The notes beneath the pieces were generated by a model that had not been told where the DNA came from, searched no databases, and saw only the letters and a program-made list of their open reading frames with translations. Positions 9,485 through 18,369 of a stretch of DNA of 64,000 nucleotides are shown here, in pieces. Made by a program: the position numbers and the translations under genes. Source of the stretch: Minisyncoccia bacterium (lineage in GTDB: Bacteria; Patescibacteriota; Minisyncoccia; UBA6257; JAAZHW01); contig JBFEPE010000002.1 in NCBI GenBank assembly GCA_041550235.1, positions 909 through 64,908 on the forward strand, given 5' to 3'. Within the stretch, counting starts at the first letter, position 1, and each line of letters starts with the position of its first letter.

Positions 9485-10252
9485 ATGTTGGATATTAAAT
9501 TAAAAAAGGAAATTATCTTAATAGTTGTAGCAATAATTTTGCTGGCAGTTGTTTTGGTTGGTTATTTTGTTTTTAATAATTCTGATGAAGAAGATGTTAT
9601 TAATAATAATGATGCAAGAGAGAATGGGACAAACAGAGAGATATTGATTTCACAAGAAGAATTAAATGAGTTGATGGCACAAGGAAAAACTATGAGAGAG
9701 GCATTAAAAGAGATAATCTTAAAAGATGCAGACCAAGAGACTCTTATTGAATTAGAGGATGGTTTTTACAAGGATAAAAATAGAATATATGATACTCAAA
9801 TGCGCTGCTTATCAGAATCAGAACAATTAAAAATTGATCCTGAGACTTTTGAAGTGGGAAGATGTTTTATAAAAGATAACGATAGTGTTTATTTAAGGGC
9901 AAGATCAGGTTGCTTCGGAAATTGTCCGCTTGAAAAAATTGAGGGAGTAGATTCTGAAAGTTTTACTAGTATTTGGAATAATTTTTTCAAGGATAAAAAT
10001 AATGTCTATTATGGTAAAGATATTGTGAGGGAGGCAGATCCGGAAAGTTTTGAGATTCTCGCTTCGCCCTCTAGTATCATGGGATGTTATGGGAGGGATA
10101 ATAATAGAGTGTATTATTTTGGTGGTGCATTTTCTAGCGAGATAATTCTTAATGCTGACCTTGAAACATTTGAGGTTGTAAAATGTGGTTTATTAGAGAG
10201 AATCGCCAAAGATAAATATAGAACATATGAGCATATGGTCTTAGAGGAATAA
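9485..10252 (+). CDS. DKNYY-family exported protein
   Basis: repeated KDKNNVYY and ADPESFE units, N-terminal TM. Confidence 0.85.
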   Translation: MLDIKLKKEIILIVVAIILLAVVLVGYFVFNNSDEEDVINNNDARENGTNREILISQEELNELMAQGKTMREALKEIILKDADQETLIELEDGFYKDKNRIYDTQMRCLSESEQLKIDPETFEVGRCFIKDNDSVYLRARSGCFGNCPLEKIEGVDSESFTSIWNNFFKDKNNVYYGKDIVREADPESFEILASPSSIMGCYGRDNNRVYYFGGAFSSEIILNADLETFEVVKCGLLERIAKDKYRTYEHMVLEE

Positions 10253-10278
10253 AGGTCAAAAATTAAAATATCAAAAAT

Positions 10279-11553
10279 ATGCTAAATATAAAATCAAAAA
10301 AGGAAATAGGTATTTTGATTATTGCTATAGTGATAGTTGCGGCTTTCTTTATTGTTGGGGATCTTATCCCTCGGGGAGAAGAAAAATGGGAGGGAAATAA
10401 TATCTCAATTCAAATTCCAAAAACAAATATAAAAATAATTCTCCCCAATAATCATCAGCAAGAGTCTATTGTGTATTATGAAGATCAAAAGATGGCGATA
10501 TCATTTGATGAGTTTTATAATCCTAATCATTTTGATGAGTTAGAAAATTTTCCCATCATTTCCTCAATTTCTTTATCTACTGGAAAGTCAATAGCCGATT
10601 ATATAAATCAAACTAGCAAAAATAGCCAAGATTTAATCAAGAAAATGGATAATTTATATTTTTATTATGAGCAAAAAAGGAGGTTTGATTTAGAAGAGGA
10701 TTTTTTAAATTTTAAATTTAGAAAAATTGGCGATAGAAGTTATCATGTGAGCGAAAGAATATGTCAGGGGGATATTTATGGTTGCACAATACTAATGTAT
10801 ACAACTTTTTTGGAAAATATAAAAATTGATATCTCAATAGGATTTTATAGAAAAGCTACTAATGAGCAGATGGATGAATTGGTCTCTCAAATAAAAATTA
10901 TTGATGAAAATCAAGAGACATTGGATATTTCAGAATCATTAAGGTCTTGGTATGAGAAAAGTGATGACGAGAAAATGAGAAGTTATATTGATGAAAATGG
11001 ATATAGGAGATTATCAGAATATGCAAATAATAAAGATTTTGAATATACCTGCATATCGCAAGAAGAAGGAGATTTAATGGTGAGAGCGAGGGATGAATTT
11101 AATAAAATGACCGCCGAAATAACAAAATATTCAAATTTTGAAAAAGGAATCAGTCTTGATTTTGGGAGATATGGATTTGATGAAAAAAATGGAAGCATTT
11201 ATTTTGGGCCAAAAACTCTTAGTGGAGGTGGTTGTAGTTTAAATGATTTTAGGGCATATAAACTCATGTTTGTAGAGTCAAGAACAAAAGAAGAAATTAT
11301 CAGAGATGTGAAAAGCAAGGAATATGATGATGTTTCAGATGGGCGGAAATTATTAGAAACAAGAAAAATCAATAATTTTGATGTTGTGATTTGGAAGCAA
11401 TGGGGAGGACTTCCAACCTTATCATTTTATTTTGAAATACCGGGTAAGGGGAAAAATTATTTTTTCAAGATTTTTGATTCAGTAATTAGTGGGGATAGAG
11501 ATTTTAATGCTGTTTTGGATGTCATTAAGACAATAGAGTTGTTAGAAATTTAA
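10279..11553 (+). CDS. membrane-anchored exported hypothetical protein
   Basis: 424-aa ORF; N-terminal TM resembles that of the upstream gene. Confidence 0.8.
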   Translation: MLNIKSKKEIGILIIAIVIVAAFFIVGDLIPRGEEKWEGNNISIQIPKTNIKIILPNNHQQESIVYYEDQKMAISFDEFYNPNHFDELENFPIISSISLSTGKSIADYINQTSKNSQDLIKKMDNLYFYYEQKRRFDLEEDFLNFKFRKIGDRSYHVSERICQGDIYGCTILMYTTFLENIKIDISIGFYRKATNEQMDELVSQIKIIDENQETLDISESLRSWYEKSDDEKMRSYIDENGYRRLSEYANNKDFEYTCISQEEGDLMVRARDEFNKMTAEITKYSNFEKGISLDFGRYGFDEKNGSIYFGPKTLSGGGCSLNDFRAYKLMFVESRTKEEIIRDVKSKEYDDVSDGRKLLETRKINNFDVVIWKQWGGLPTLSFYFEIPGKGKNYFFKIFDSVISGDRDFNAVLDVIKTIELLEI

Positions 11554-11742
11554 TCTATTGCTAATTTTTTTTGAGGTTGGGGTTATAAAAAATTTGAAAT
11601 GCAGTCTTTTTACTTTGCATAGGGAAGGGCATTGGGCTTGATAAATAAATAAAAATGTTTATACTTTGATAATTAAAGATAGAATAATACTTATATTTGA
11701 ATAAGTGATGTTTTTAATTATATTGGAATAGTTGGATACACC

Positions 11743-11770
11743 TCTCTCCTCCGCCTTCGGCGGAGGGGAA
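11743..11770. repeat. GC-rich palindrome 5' of rplC
   Basis: CTCCTCCGCC-TTC-GGCGGAGGGG. Confidence 0.85.
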
Positions 11771-11788
11771 ATAATATCAAAATATACT

Positions 11789-12400
11789 ATGAAAAAGTTT
11801 ATATTAGGAAAAAAAATAGGGATGACAACTATTTATATAGAAGATAAGCAAACACCAATGACATTGATATCAGCGGGTCCTATTGTAGTTTCTCAAATAA
11901 GAAATAAAGAAAAAGATGGATATCAAGCGATTCAAGTTGCTTTTTCAGAGCAGAAGCCACAAAGATTATCAAAGGCAGAAAAAAATCACCTTGGTGATTT
12001 AGGGGCATTTCAATATTTGAGAGAGTTTAGAATAGATGGGGATGGCGAATTTAAGAGGGGAGATAAGATGGATTTATCAATATTTGAAGAGGGAGACAAG
12101 GTGGTGGTAAGTGGAATTAGCAAGGCAAAGGGATTCCAAGGAGTAGTTAAGAGGCATGGATTTCATGGCGGTCCAAAAAGTCATGGTCAAAAGCATTCAT
12201 TAAGAGCCCCGGGTTCTATTGGCTCAACTGGTCCGCAAAGAGTTATGAAGGGCAAGAAAATGGCTGGGAGAATGGGCGGAGACAGAATAACTTTGAAAAA
12301 TAGAAAAATTGTGTATATTGATAAGGAAAAGAATTTGTTAGGCATTAAGGGTGCAATCCCCGGACGAAGAGATACGATATTAGAAATCTCAGCGGTTTAA
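11789..12400 (+). CDS. rplC: 50S ribosomal protein L3
   Basis: ILGKKIGMT, KGFQGVVKRHGF, RAPGSIG, KMAGRMG. Confidence 0.97.
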   Translation: MKKFILGKKIGMTTIYIEDKQTPMTLISAGPIVVSQIRNKEKDGYQAIQVAFSEQKPQRLSKAEKNHLGDLGAFQYLREFRIDGDGEFKRGDKMDLSIFEEGDKVVVSGISKAKGFQGVVKRHGFHGGPKSHGQKHSLRAPGSIGSTGPQRVMKGKKMAGRMGGDRITLKNRKIVYIDKEKNLLGIKGAIPGRRDTILEISAV

Positions 12401-12451
12401 TAATAATTATTTAATAAAAAGTCGGTTTTTAATTTTTAAATTAATAAAAAT

Positions 12452-12805
12452 ATGAATAAAAATGAACAAATAGGTGGTGGTAATGAGAATAATCAAGAAG
12501 ATTGGAAAAAGAAAAAAATATCAGTATTAGAATTTACAAAAAGAACGACAATCGATGCAGAAGATGGAAAAAAGGTTAAGATTTGGGAGGCTCTTTTTGG
12601 GGGTGATAATAACAAAAATTTATCTGCTGGCAATAGGATTGCTAAAAAAATTAATGATTTACAGAATCTGGTGACAGGTGGCACAATAGAAGAGGCACAA
12701 AAGGCAAATGAGGAATTAGGCGAAATGATTGAGGGGCTACAACAAATACACAAAGTCGTTGATTATGCATTGAATGAAGACCCCGAGGGTTTGATTAAAA
12801 AATAA
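12452..12805 (+). CDS. hypothetical protein inserted between rplC and rplD
   Basis: 117-aa ORF with host-like composition. Confidence 0.7.
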   Translation: MNKNEQIGGGNENNQEDWKKKKISVLEFTKRTTIDAEDGKKVKIWEALFGGDNNKNLSAGNRIAKKINDLQNLVTGGTIEEAQKANEELGEMIEGLQQIHKVVDYALNEDPEGLIKK

Positions 12806-12877
12806 GACAAGTGGCGGGATTATTTGAGTTATTTTATTTATGATGATAATGCGATTATAAAGTAGTGGAAAATAAAT

Positions 12878-12905
12878 ATCCCCCCGCCCTTTATGGGCGG
12901 GGAAT
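12878..12905. repeat. GC-rich palindrome 5' of rplD
   Basis: CCCCGCCC-TTTAT-GGGCGGGG flanked by ATGCGATT copies. Confidence 0.8.
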
Positions 12906-12952
12906 AAAAAGGTTGAGATTATGCGATTTATTTAATATTAAATGGTTATAAC

Positions 12953-13591
12953 ATGAAGACAACAATATACAATCAAGATAATAAAGAAATAGGGGATATT
13001 GATCTACCGGGCTTTATTTTCGGTAAAAAATGGAGGCCAGATGTAGTCCATCAAGTATTAGTAGCAATTCAGGCAAACAGAAGAAAAAATATCGCTCACA
13101 CAAAAGGAACAGGAGAAAAAAGAGGTGGAGGAAAGAAGCCATGGAGACAAAAAGGGACTGGTAGAGCAAGGCATGGAACTATTAGGTCGCCATTATGGAG
13201 AGGAGGAGGAGTTACATTTGGCCCAACAAAGGAGAGGAATTTTACTAAGAAGGTAAATAAGAAAGTAAAGAGATTGGCTCTTTTTTCAGCCCTCTCCAAA
13301 AAATTATTAGATAAAGAAATAAAGGTGATTGATGATATTAAATTGGAAAGCCCAAAAACAAAGGCGGCTCACTTAATTTTGAAAAATCTTATCCCAGAAA
13401 AGAAAAATTCAGGACTTTTGATTTTGGACAAGGGTAATCCGGAAATATCAAGGTCAGTAAGAAATCTAACTATTGCTCAAACGGCGACGGTGAGAAACTT
13501 CAATTTGGAGGATATATTAAAGTATAAGAATATAATATTCACAAAGGATGCAATCGCCGAATTAGGCAATGTTTATAAGGAGAAGAAATAA
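12953..13591 (+). CDS. rplD: 50S ribosomal protein L4
   Basis: GGGKKPWRQKGTGRARHGTIRSPLWRGGG. Confidence 0.97.
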   Translation: MKTTIYNQDNKEIGDIDLPGFIFGKKWRPDVVHQVLVAIQANRRKNIAHTKGTGEKRGGGKKPWRQKGTGRARHGTIRSPLWRGGGVTFGPTKERNFTKKVNKKVKRLALFSALSKKLLDKEIKVIDDIKLESPKTKAAHLILKNLIPEKKNSGLLILDKGNPEISRSVRNLTIAQTATVRNFNLEDILKYKNIIFTKDAIAELGNVYKEKK

Positions 13592-13627
13592 TGTAATATG
13601 AGAGATATATTGTTATAGATTAAAGCA

Positions 13628-13881
13628 TTCCCCCGTCCGCCAGAGGCGGATGTGCCACCTTCGGCGGGGGGCACCCCGCCTTCGCCAAGGCTTCGGCAGG
13701 GCAATGCCCGTCCAGCCAGAGGCTGGCCACCCCTCTATTAGAGGGCAGTATGTCCGCCTATGGCGGGGAATAAGATTTATATCTTAGGTGGTAGTGGATA
13801 TGAGGTTTGATTGTATATAAAACTATGAGTATATTGTTATAAATTAAAGACCCTCCCCCCGCCGAAGGCGGGGGGAGGGTC
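13628..13881. repeat. nested repeat cluster and long-stem palindrome between rplD and rplW
   Basis: modules at 13637-13658 and 13745-13766, hairpin 13849-13881. Confidence 0.9.
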
Positions 13882-13913
13882 AAGAGGCTTAATATAACAA
13901 CAATAATATAACT

Positions 13914-14345
13914 ATGAGTATATTTGATAAAAAAACTAAAAAAGACGAGAGCAAAGATGAGAAAAAGAAGGAGATAAAAGAAATTAAGGAGGTAAATGAG
14001 ATAAGAGAAACAAAAAATGGCTTGAAAAAATCAAGAAGTCATTTAGAATACCTAATTCTAAGACCTCATATCACTGAAAAATCAAGCGGATTATCCGCTG
14101 AGAGAAAGTTTGTATTTAAAGTAGAAAAATCGGCAAATAAGACAGAGATAGGAAAAGCAATAGAGAAAATATACAATGTGAAGGTTGATGTTGTGAGAAT
14201 AGTAAATATGCCTTCAAAGAAAAGAAGATTGGGAAGAAGTATGGGCAAGAGGTCCGGCTTCAAGAAGGCAATTGTTCAATTGAAGGAAGGATATAATATT
14301 GATATATTACCAAGCACCGCCCAGTCGGATGTAGCAAAGAAGTAG
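13914..14345 (+). CDS. rplW: 50S ribosomal protein L23 with charged N-terminal extension
   Basis: RPHITEKS, ANKTEIGKAIEKIYNVKV, FKKAIVQL. Confidence 0.95.
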   Translation: MSIFDKKTKKDESKDEKKKEIKEIKEVNEIRETKNGLKKSRSHLEYLILRPHITEKSSGLSAERKFVFKVEKSANKTEIGKAIEKIYNVKVDVVRIVNMPSKKRRLGRSMGKRSGFKKAIVQLKEGYNIDILPSTAQSDVAKK

Positions 14346-14391
14346 GGGGATATATAAATACAAAAGTCAAGGGTGGGGGGAAGCATTACTT

Positions 14392-16626
14392 CTATTCCTC
14401 CTCATACTCATCTTCCCCCTCATCGGAAATCTCTTCTCCCTCAATTCCCCCGATATTATCGCGAGGCATTGATTCGGGAACATCCTCGGGGATATCATCA
14501 TCAATATTGGCGGATGATGGAGTGGCGACAAGAACTTCTCTTGGTTTCGCTCCCTCTCCTTGTCCAATCACACCTCTTTCCTCAAGCATATCAATTAACC
14601 TTGCCGCTCTCGCATATCCAATTCTTAATCTCCTTTGCAAAAGAGAAGAAGATGCCTTTTGTGCTTCCACAACAACCTTATATGCCTCGGGATATAAATC
14701 GTCCTCATCATCCAATCCCGGGACAGAATCAAAATCAATTTGGCTATTATTTAACCTATTATTTGTTTCAGCAACCTCTTGAAAATCCTCTATCTCCTCA
14801 TTTTCAGAAATATAATCTTCATTATTCTCAATAATATATTTTACCACACGGGAAATCTCATCTTCTGAAACGAAGACTCCTTGAATTCTCTTTGGCTTAG
14901 AGCTCTCAGCTGCTTGGAATAATAAATCACCTTGTCCCAATAGTTTTTCAGCACCAGAATTATCTAAAATAGTTCGGGAATCAATTTGACTAGCAACTCT
15001 AAGAGCAATTCTTGCTGAAATATTTGCTTTAATTAAACCAGTGATGACCTCTGTTGATGGTCTTTGGGTGGAGACAATTAAATGAATCCCTGTTGCTCTT
15101 GCCATTTGGGCTAATCTCACAATTGATCCCTCCACTTCTCTTCCATAACTTGCCATCAAATCAGCCAACTCATCAATTACAACTAAAATATATGGCATAA
15201 TGTCTTTTTTCTCTTTTAGCATTTTTTTATTAAATGAATCAATATCTCTTGATTTTGCCTCTTCTAATTCCTCATATCTTTTTTCCATTTCTAATACTGC
15301 CCACTTCAAAGCCATAATGGCTTTTTTAGGTTTTGTAATCACATCAGAAACGAGATAGGGGAGATTATTGTATGTTGTGAGTTCCACTCTTTTTGGGTCA
15401 ATCAATAATATTCTTAATGTTTCTGGGGTATTTTTGAAAAGCAAACTTGATAGAATTGTATGAATGGCAACTGATTTTCCTGAACCAGTGCTTCCAGCAA
15501 CCAAAAGGTGGGGCATTTTTGCAATATCCATATATACTGGTTGTCCGCTCACATCTCTACCTAATGGAACGGATAATAATCCTGTTTCTGAAAATTGATT
15601 TAGAGATAAAAGATTCCTCAATCTTACTTGTGCTTTTGATTTATTTGGGACTTCAATACCAACTAATGATTTTCCGGGAATAGGGGCCTCTATTCTTATT
15701 GGGTGAGCGGCCAATGCTAATGATAGGTCGTTTTGAAGAGAAATAATTTTTGATAATTTTACTCCTTCCGCTGGCTTTAGAGTATATCTTGTAACAGTTG
15801 GCCCGATATTTATTTCATCCATCTCAACAGGAATATTGAAATTTGAAAGGGTTCTTCTGATTATTTGGGAATTTGTTTTTATGTCTCCGCTTGTTGGTTT
15901 TTCAGAATCTGATTCTAATAAATCTAAACTTGGGAAATTCCAGTTTGCTAATATATTTGCACTCACTTTCTTCGGCTGAATATCTTCTTTGTCCATCTTA
16001 TCTTTATTTTTACCTGTCAATTTTGAGATTATATTTTTTTCTTTTTTAGGCTCTTCTTTCACTTCCTCTTCTTCTATCTCTTCTTCACCCTCTTCATCTA
16101 ATTCATCATCCTCATCATATTCATCCACAGGATATTGAGATGACTTCTTTTTCTTTTTAAATTTTAGAGAAAACTCAAATATTATAATGAGACCAATAAT
16201 GGCAATCATTATTTCAAAAACAATTCCACCCCAAAAACTAAGCACTTTTTCAATTGCCCCAGCTATTCTCCCAAAGAATCCAGCCGAAGTTGATTTTATT
16301 ATGTCTGAAATTCCTAATGCTCCGAATGTGAATAATAGAAGCCCAAACAATGTGGAGCCATATATTTTTTGTCGCAATGAACTGATAAATATTGCCCCGG
16401 CTGATATGAATATGATAGGGGAGAGGAAATATAACCAGCCAAACATATATTGAAATGATTTTTTGATATAATAGCCAGCAATTCCTGCTCCTCCAAAGAA
16501 ACTTAATAATAGTATTATTGCTATTCCGAGGCATATTATCCCAACTATTATTTTTCTTGTCCGCTCTTCTAAATTAGGAGTCCAAATTTTTATTTTTCTT
16601 TTATTTTTAGATTTTTTTCTTGCCAT
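14392..16626 (-). CDS. ftsK: DNA translocase FtsK
   Basis: 4TM N-domain, RIEAPIPGK, Walker A GSTGSGKS, IDELADLM, STQRPS, gamma domain; start set at MARKK. Confidence 0.97.
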   Translation of the reverse strand: MARKKSKNKRKIKIWTPNLEERTRKIIVGIICLGIAIILLLSFFGGAGIAGYYIKKSFQYMFGWLYFLSPIIFISAGAIFISSLRQKIYGSTLFGLLLFTFGALGISDIIKSTSAGFFGRIAGAIEKVLSFWGGIVFEIMIAIIGLIIIFEFSLKFKKKKKSSQYPVDEYDEDDELDEEGEEEIEEEEVKEEPKKEKNIISKLTGKNKDKMDKEDIQPKKVSANILANWNFPSLDLLESDSEKPTSGDIKTNSQIIRRTLSNFNIPVEMDEINIGPTVTRYTLKPAEGVKLSKIISLQNDLSLALAAHPIRIEAPIPGKSLVGIEVPNKSKAQVRLRNLLSLNQFSETGLLSVPLGRDVSGQPVYMDIAKMPHLLVAGSTGSGKSVAIHTILSSLLFKNTPETLRILLIDPKRVELTTYNNLPYLVSDVITKPKKAIMALKWAVLEMEKRYEELEEAKSRDIDSFNKKMLKEKKDIMPYILVVIDELADLMASYGREVEGSIVRLAQMARATGIHLIVSTQRPSTEVITGLIKANISARIALRVASQIDSRTILDNSGAEKLLGQGDLLFQAAESSKPKRIQGVFVSEDEISRVVKYIIENNEDYISENEEIEDFQEVAETNNRLNNSQIDFDSVPGLDDEDDLYPEAYKVVVEAQKASSSLLQRRLRIGYARAARLIDMLEERGVIGQGEGAKPREVLVATPSSANIDDDIPEDVPESMPRDNIGGIEGEEISDEGEDEYEEE

Positions 16627-16720
16627 ATTAAATCTTAATTGCCTATATTTTAACAGAAAATATATTTTATGAAATAGGGGGGATAATTTTTTGGCAGTAA
16701 TTATCCACAATAAGCACTTG

Positions 16721-16757
16721 ATATATAGCCACATTTTGGTATAATGTGGCTATATAT
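16721..16757. promoter_or_regulatory. inverted-repeat operator over the hicAB -10 box
   Basis: ATATATAGCCACATT-N7-AATGTGGCTATATAT overlapping TATAAT; DnaA-type box TTATCCACA just upstream. Confidence 0.7.
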
Positions 16758-16768
16758 TATTATAATAC

Positions 16769-17005
16769 ATGTCAAGAATTGATAATTTGATTAAGAAATT
16801 TAATAATAATCCATCATCTTGCAGATATTCAGATATAGAAAAAATCTTAATTTATTTTGGATTTGAGAAAATTAAAGCCAAGGGAAGCCATATTAAGTTT
16901 AAGCATCGTAAGTTAAATTTTGATTTCATTATCCCTATTCATAATAATGAATGTAAGGATTTTTATAAAAACCAAGCAAAAAAACAAATTGATAAAATAA
17001 TTTAA
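16769..17005 (+). CDS. hicA: HicA-family toxin
   Basis: KILIYFGFEKIKAKGSHIKFKH..IPIH. Confidence 0.9.
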   Translation: MSRIDNLIKKFNNNPSSCRYSDIEKILIYFGFEKIKAKGSHIKFKHRKLNFDFIIPIHNNECKDFYKNQAKKQIDKII

Positions 17006-17014
17006 ATAAATAAT

Positions 17015-17329
17015 ATGAAAAAAACTACTGGATACATTACAATAAATAATAAAAAGCATAAGTATATCTTAGAGAAAAGAAAGTCTAATATCTTTTTTGA
17101 TTGCGAAGATGCTAATATTTCTCAAGAGTTTTTAGCCGAGGATATACCAAATCTAATATTGGATTTACCAAATCTGATAATGGCTGAAAAAGAATACAAA
17201 AAGAATCAATCAGAAGTGATAAGATTTAGAATATCATCAAAAGACAAGCGAAAAATAGAGCAGAAAGCAATAAGCCGAGGATATGATTCAATCTCTAAGT
17301 ATATGAGAGATATTGCCCTACATCAATAA
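17015..17329 (+). CDS. HicB-like antitoxin with C-terminal ribbon-helix-helix
   Basis: follows hicA; IRFRISSKDKRKIEQKA..GYDSISKYMRD RHH pattern. Confidence 0.7.
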   Translation: MKKTTGYITINNKKHKYILEKRKSNIFFDCEDANISQEFLAEDIPNLILDLPNLIMAEKEYKKNQSEVIRFRISSKDKRKIEQKAISRGYDSISKYMRDIALHQ

Positions 17330-17352
17330 TTTTTAATTGTGGATAATTTTAT

Positions 17353-17441
17353 TTGACTTTTAATATTCATCCAATATAATATGAGTACATTAAGACAAAG
17401 GGGTTCCCGGAAGGTTAGTTGCCTAAGGCCTCCCTTTTTTT
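17353..17441 (+). ncRNA. putative ~55-nt RNA unit (promoter, hairpin, U-tract)
   Basis: TTGACT-16-TATAAT, then a GC-rich hairpin and long T-tract; no ORF. Confidence 0.4.
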
Positions 17442-17462
17442 ATTTTCAATTTTTTCATAAGA

Positions 17463-17912
17463 TTATTTTTTGCCACTTTTTAAATTTATTTTTCTAATTT
17501 CAAGCAATTTATTTATAGCCTCCTCAAATGAACCAACAATCCACCCAGTTTTTTTAACAAATTCTATTGACCACTTGGGATTTCTTTCTAGTTTCCAAAT
17601 AATAATTAAATTATTACAGAAATCGCCCGGATTTTCTACATTATTACCATAAAAAACTCCTATTTCTATCCATGTGCCTTCTGATGGGGATAAACTTGGG
17701 TTGGCTATTAAATAGTTAGAGGTTTTTACTGCCCTTAAATCATCGGGGAAAAAAGTGTCTGGAGAAGTTTGGTCGGAATCAAATTCCCAATCATAAAAAT
17801 CAAAATCCTTTAATTTCTTAAAAGATTCTTTCCAATCATTATCATATTCATTTGATTGCCCTGCTAAATATACTTTTGGTTTTTTATTTTTTTCAAAAGC
17901 ATTGTTTTCCAT
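17463..17912 (-). CDS. nucleoside 2-deoxyribosyltransferase-like protein
   Basis: KVYLAG, DLRAV, SEGTWIEIG motifs. Confidence 0.75.
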   Translation of the reverse strand: MENNAFEKNKKPKVYLAGQSNEYDNDWKESFKKLKDFDFYDWEFDSDQTSPDTFFPDDLRAVKTSNYLIANPSLSPSEGTWIEIGVFYGNNVENPGDFCNNLIIIWKLERNPKWSIEFVKKTGWIVGSFEEAINKLLEIRKINLKSGKK

Positions 17913-17934
17913 AAATTAAATATGATTATTTAAG

Positions 17935-18006
17935 TCCGCCCGGTAGGATTCGAACCTACGACCATTTGCTTAAGAGGCAACTGCTCTACCACTGAGCTAC
18001 GGGCGG
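17935..18006 (-). tRNA. tRNA-Lys(CTT)
   Basis: cloverleaf, anticodon loop CTCTTAA. Confidence 0.95.
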
Positions 18007-18057
18007 ATATTATTTTTTTAATGAGAAATTTATTCGGGCGATTGAATTATTTAAAAG

Positions 18058-18131
18058 TCCGCCCGGTAGGATTCGAACCTACGACCATTTGCTTAAAAGG
18101 CAACTGCTCTACCGGACTGAGCTACGGGCGG
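18058..18131 (-). tRNA. tRNA-Lys(TTT)
   Basis: cloverleaf, anticodon loop CTTTTAA. Confidence 0.95.
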
Positions 18132-18186
18132 ATATTATTTAATATAAGAGAATGTTAATATTTGAGAGATAAAAAGTCAAATATCG

Positions 18187-18270
18187 TGCTGGGAGGGAGA
18201 GTCGAACTCCCACAGGATAAATCCCAATAGGTCCTAAGCCTACCGCGTCTACCAATTCCGCCATCCCAGC
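18187..18270 (-). tRNA. tRNA-Leu(TAG)
   Basis: cloverleaf, loop CTTAGGA, long variable arm. Confidence 0.95.
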
Positions 18271-18369
18271 ATTTATTGATTATATTATCAAATTATCAAG
18301 AAAAATCCACACCCCGCGAAGTGGGGGATGGGTATCGCCAAATATTATCTTGAGCATTAATACAAAATG

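Noticed and set aside
14373-16534. Antisense and alternate-frame ORFs over ftsK, and similar shadow ORFs over other genes
   Set aside because: They fully overlap well-supported genes and show no motifs or initiation signals.
17401-17436. SRP RNA or preQ1 riboswitch (CCGGAAGG, GGTTC)
   Set aside because: Flanking SRP internal-loop residues and the preQ1 A-rich tail are missing, and there is no downstream gene on that strand.
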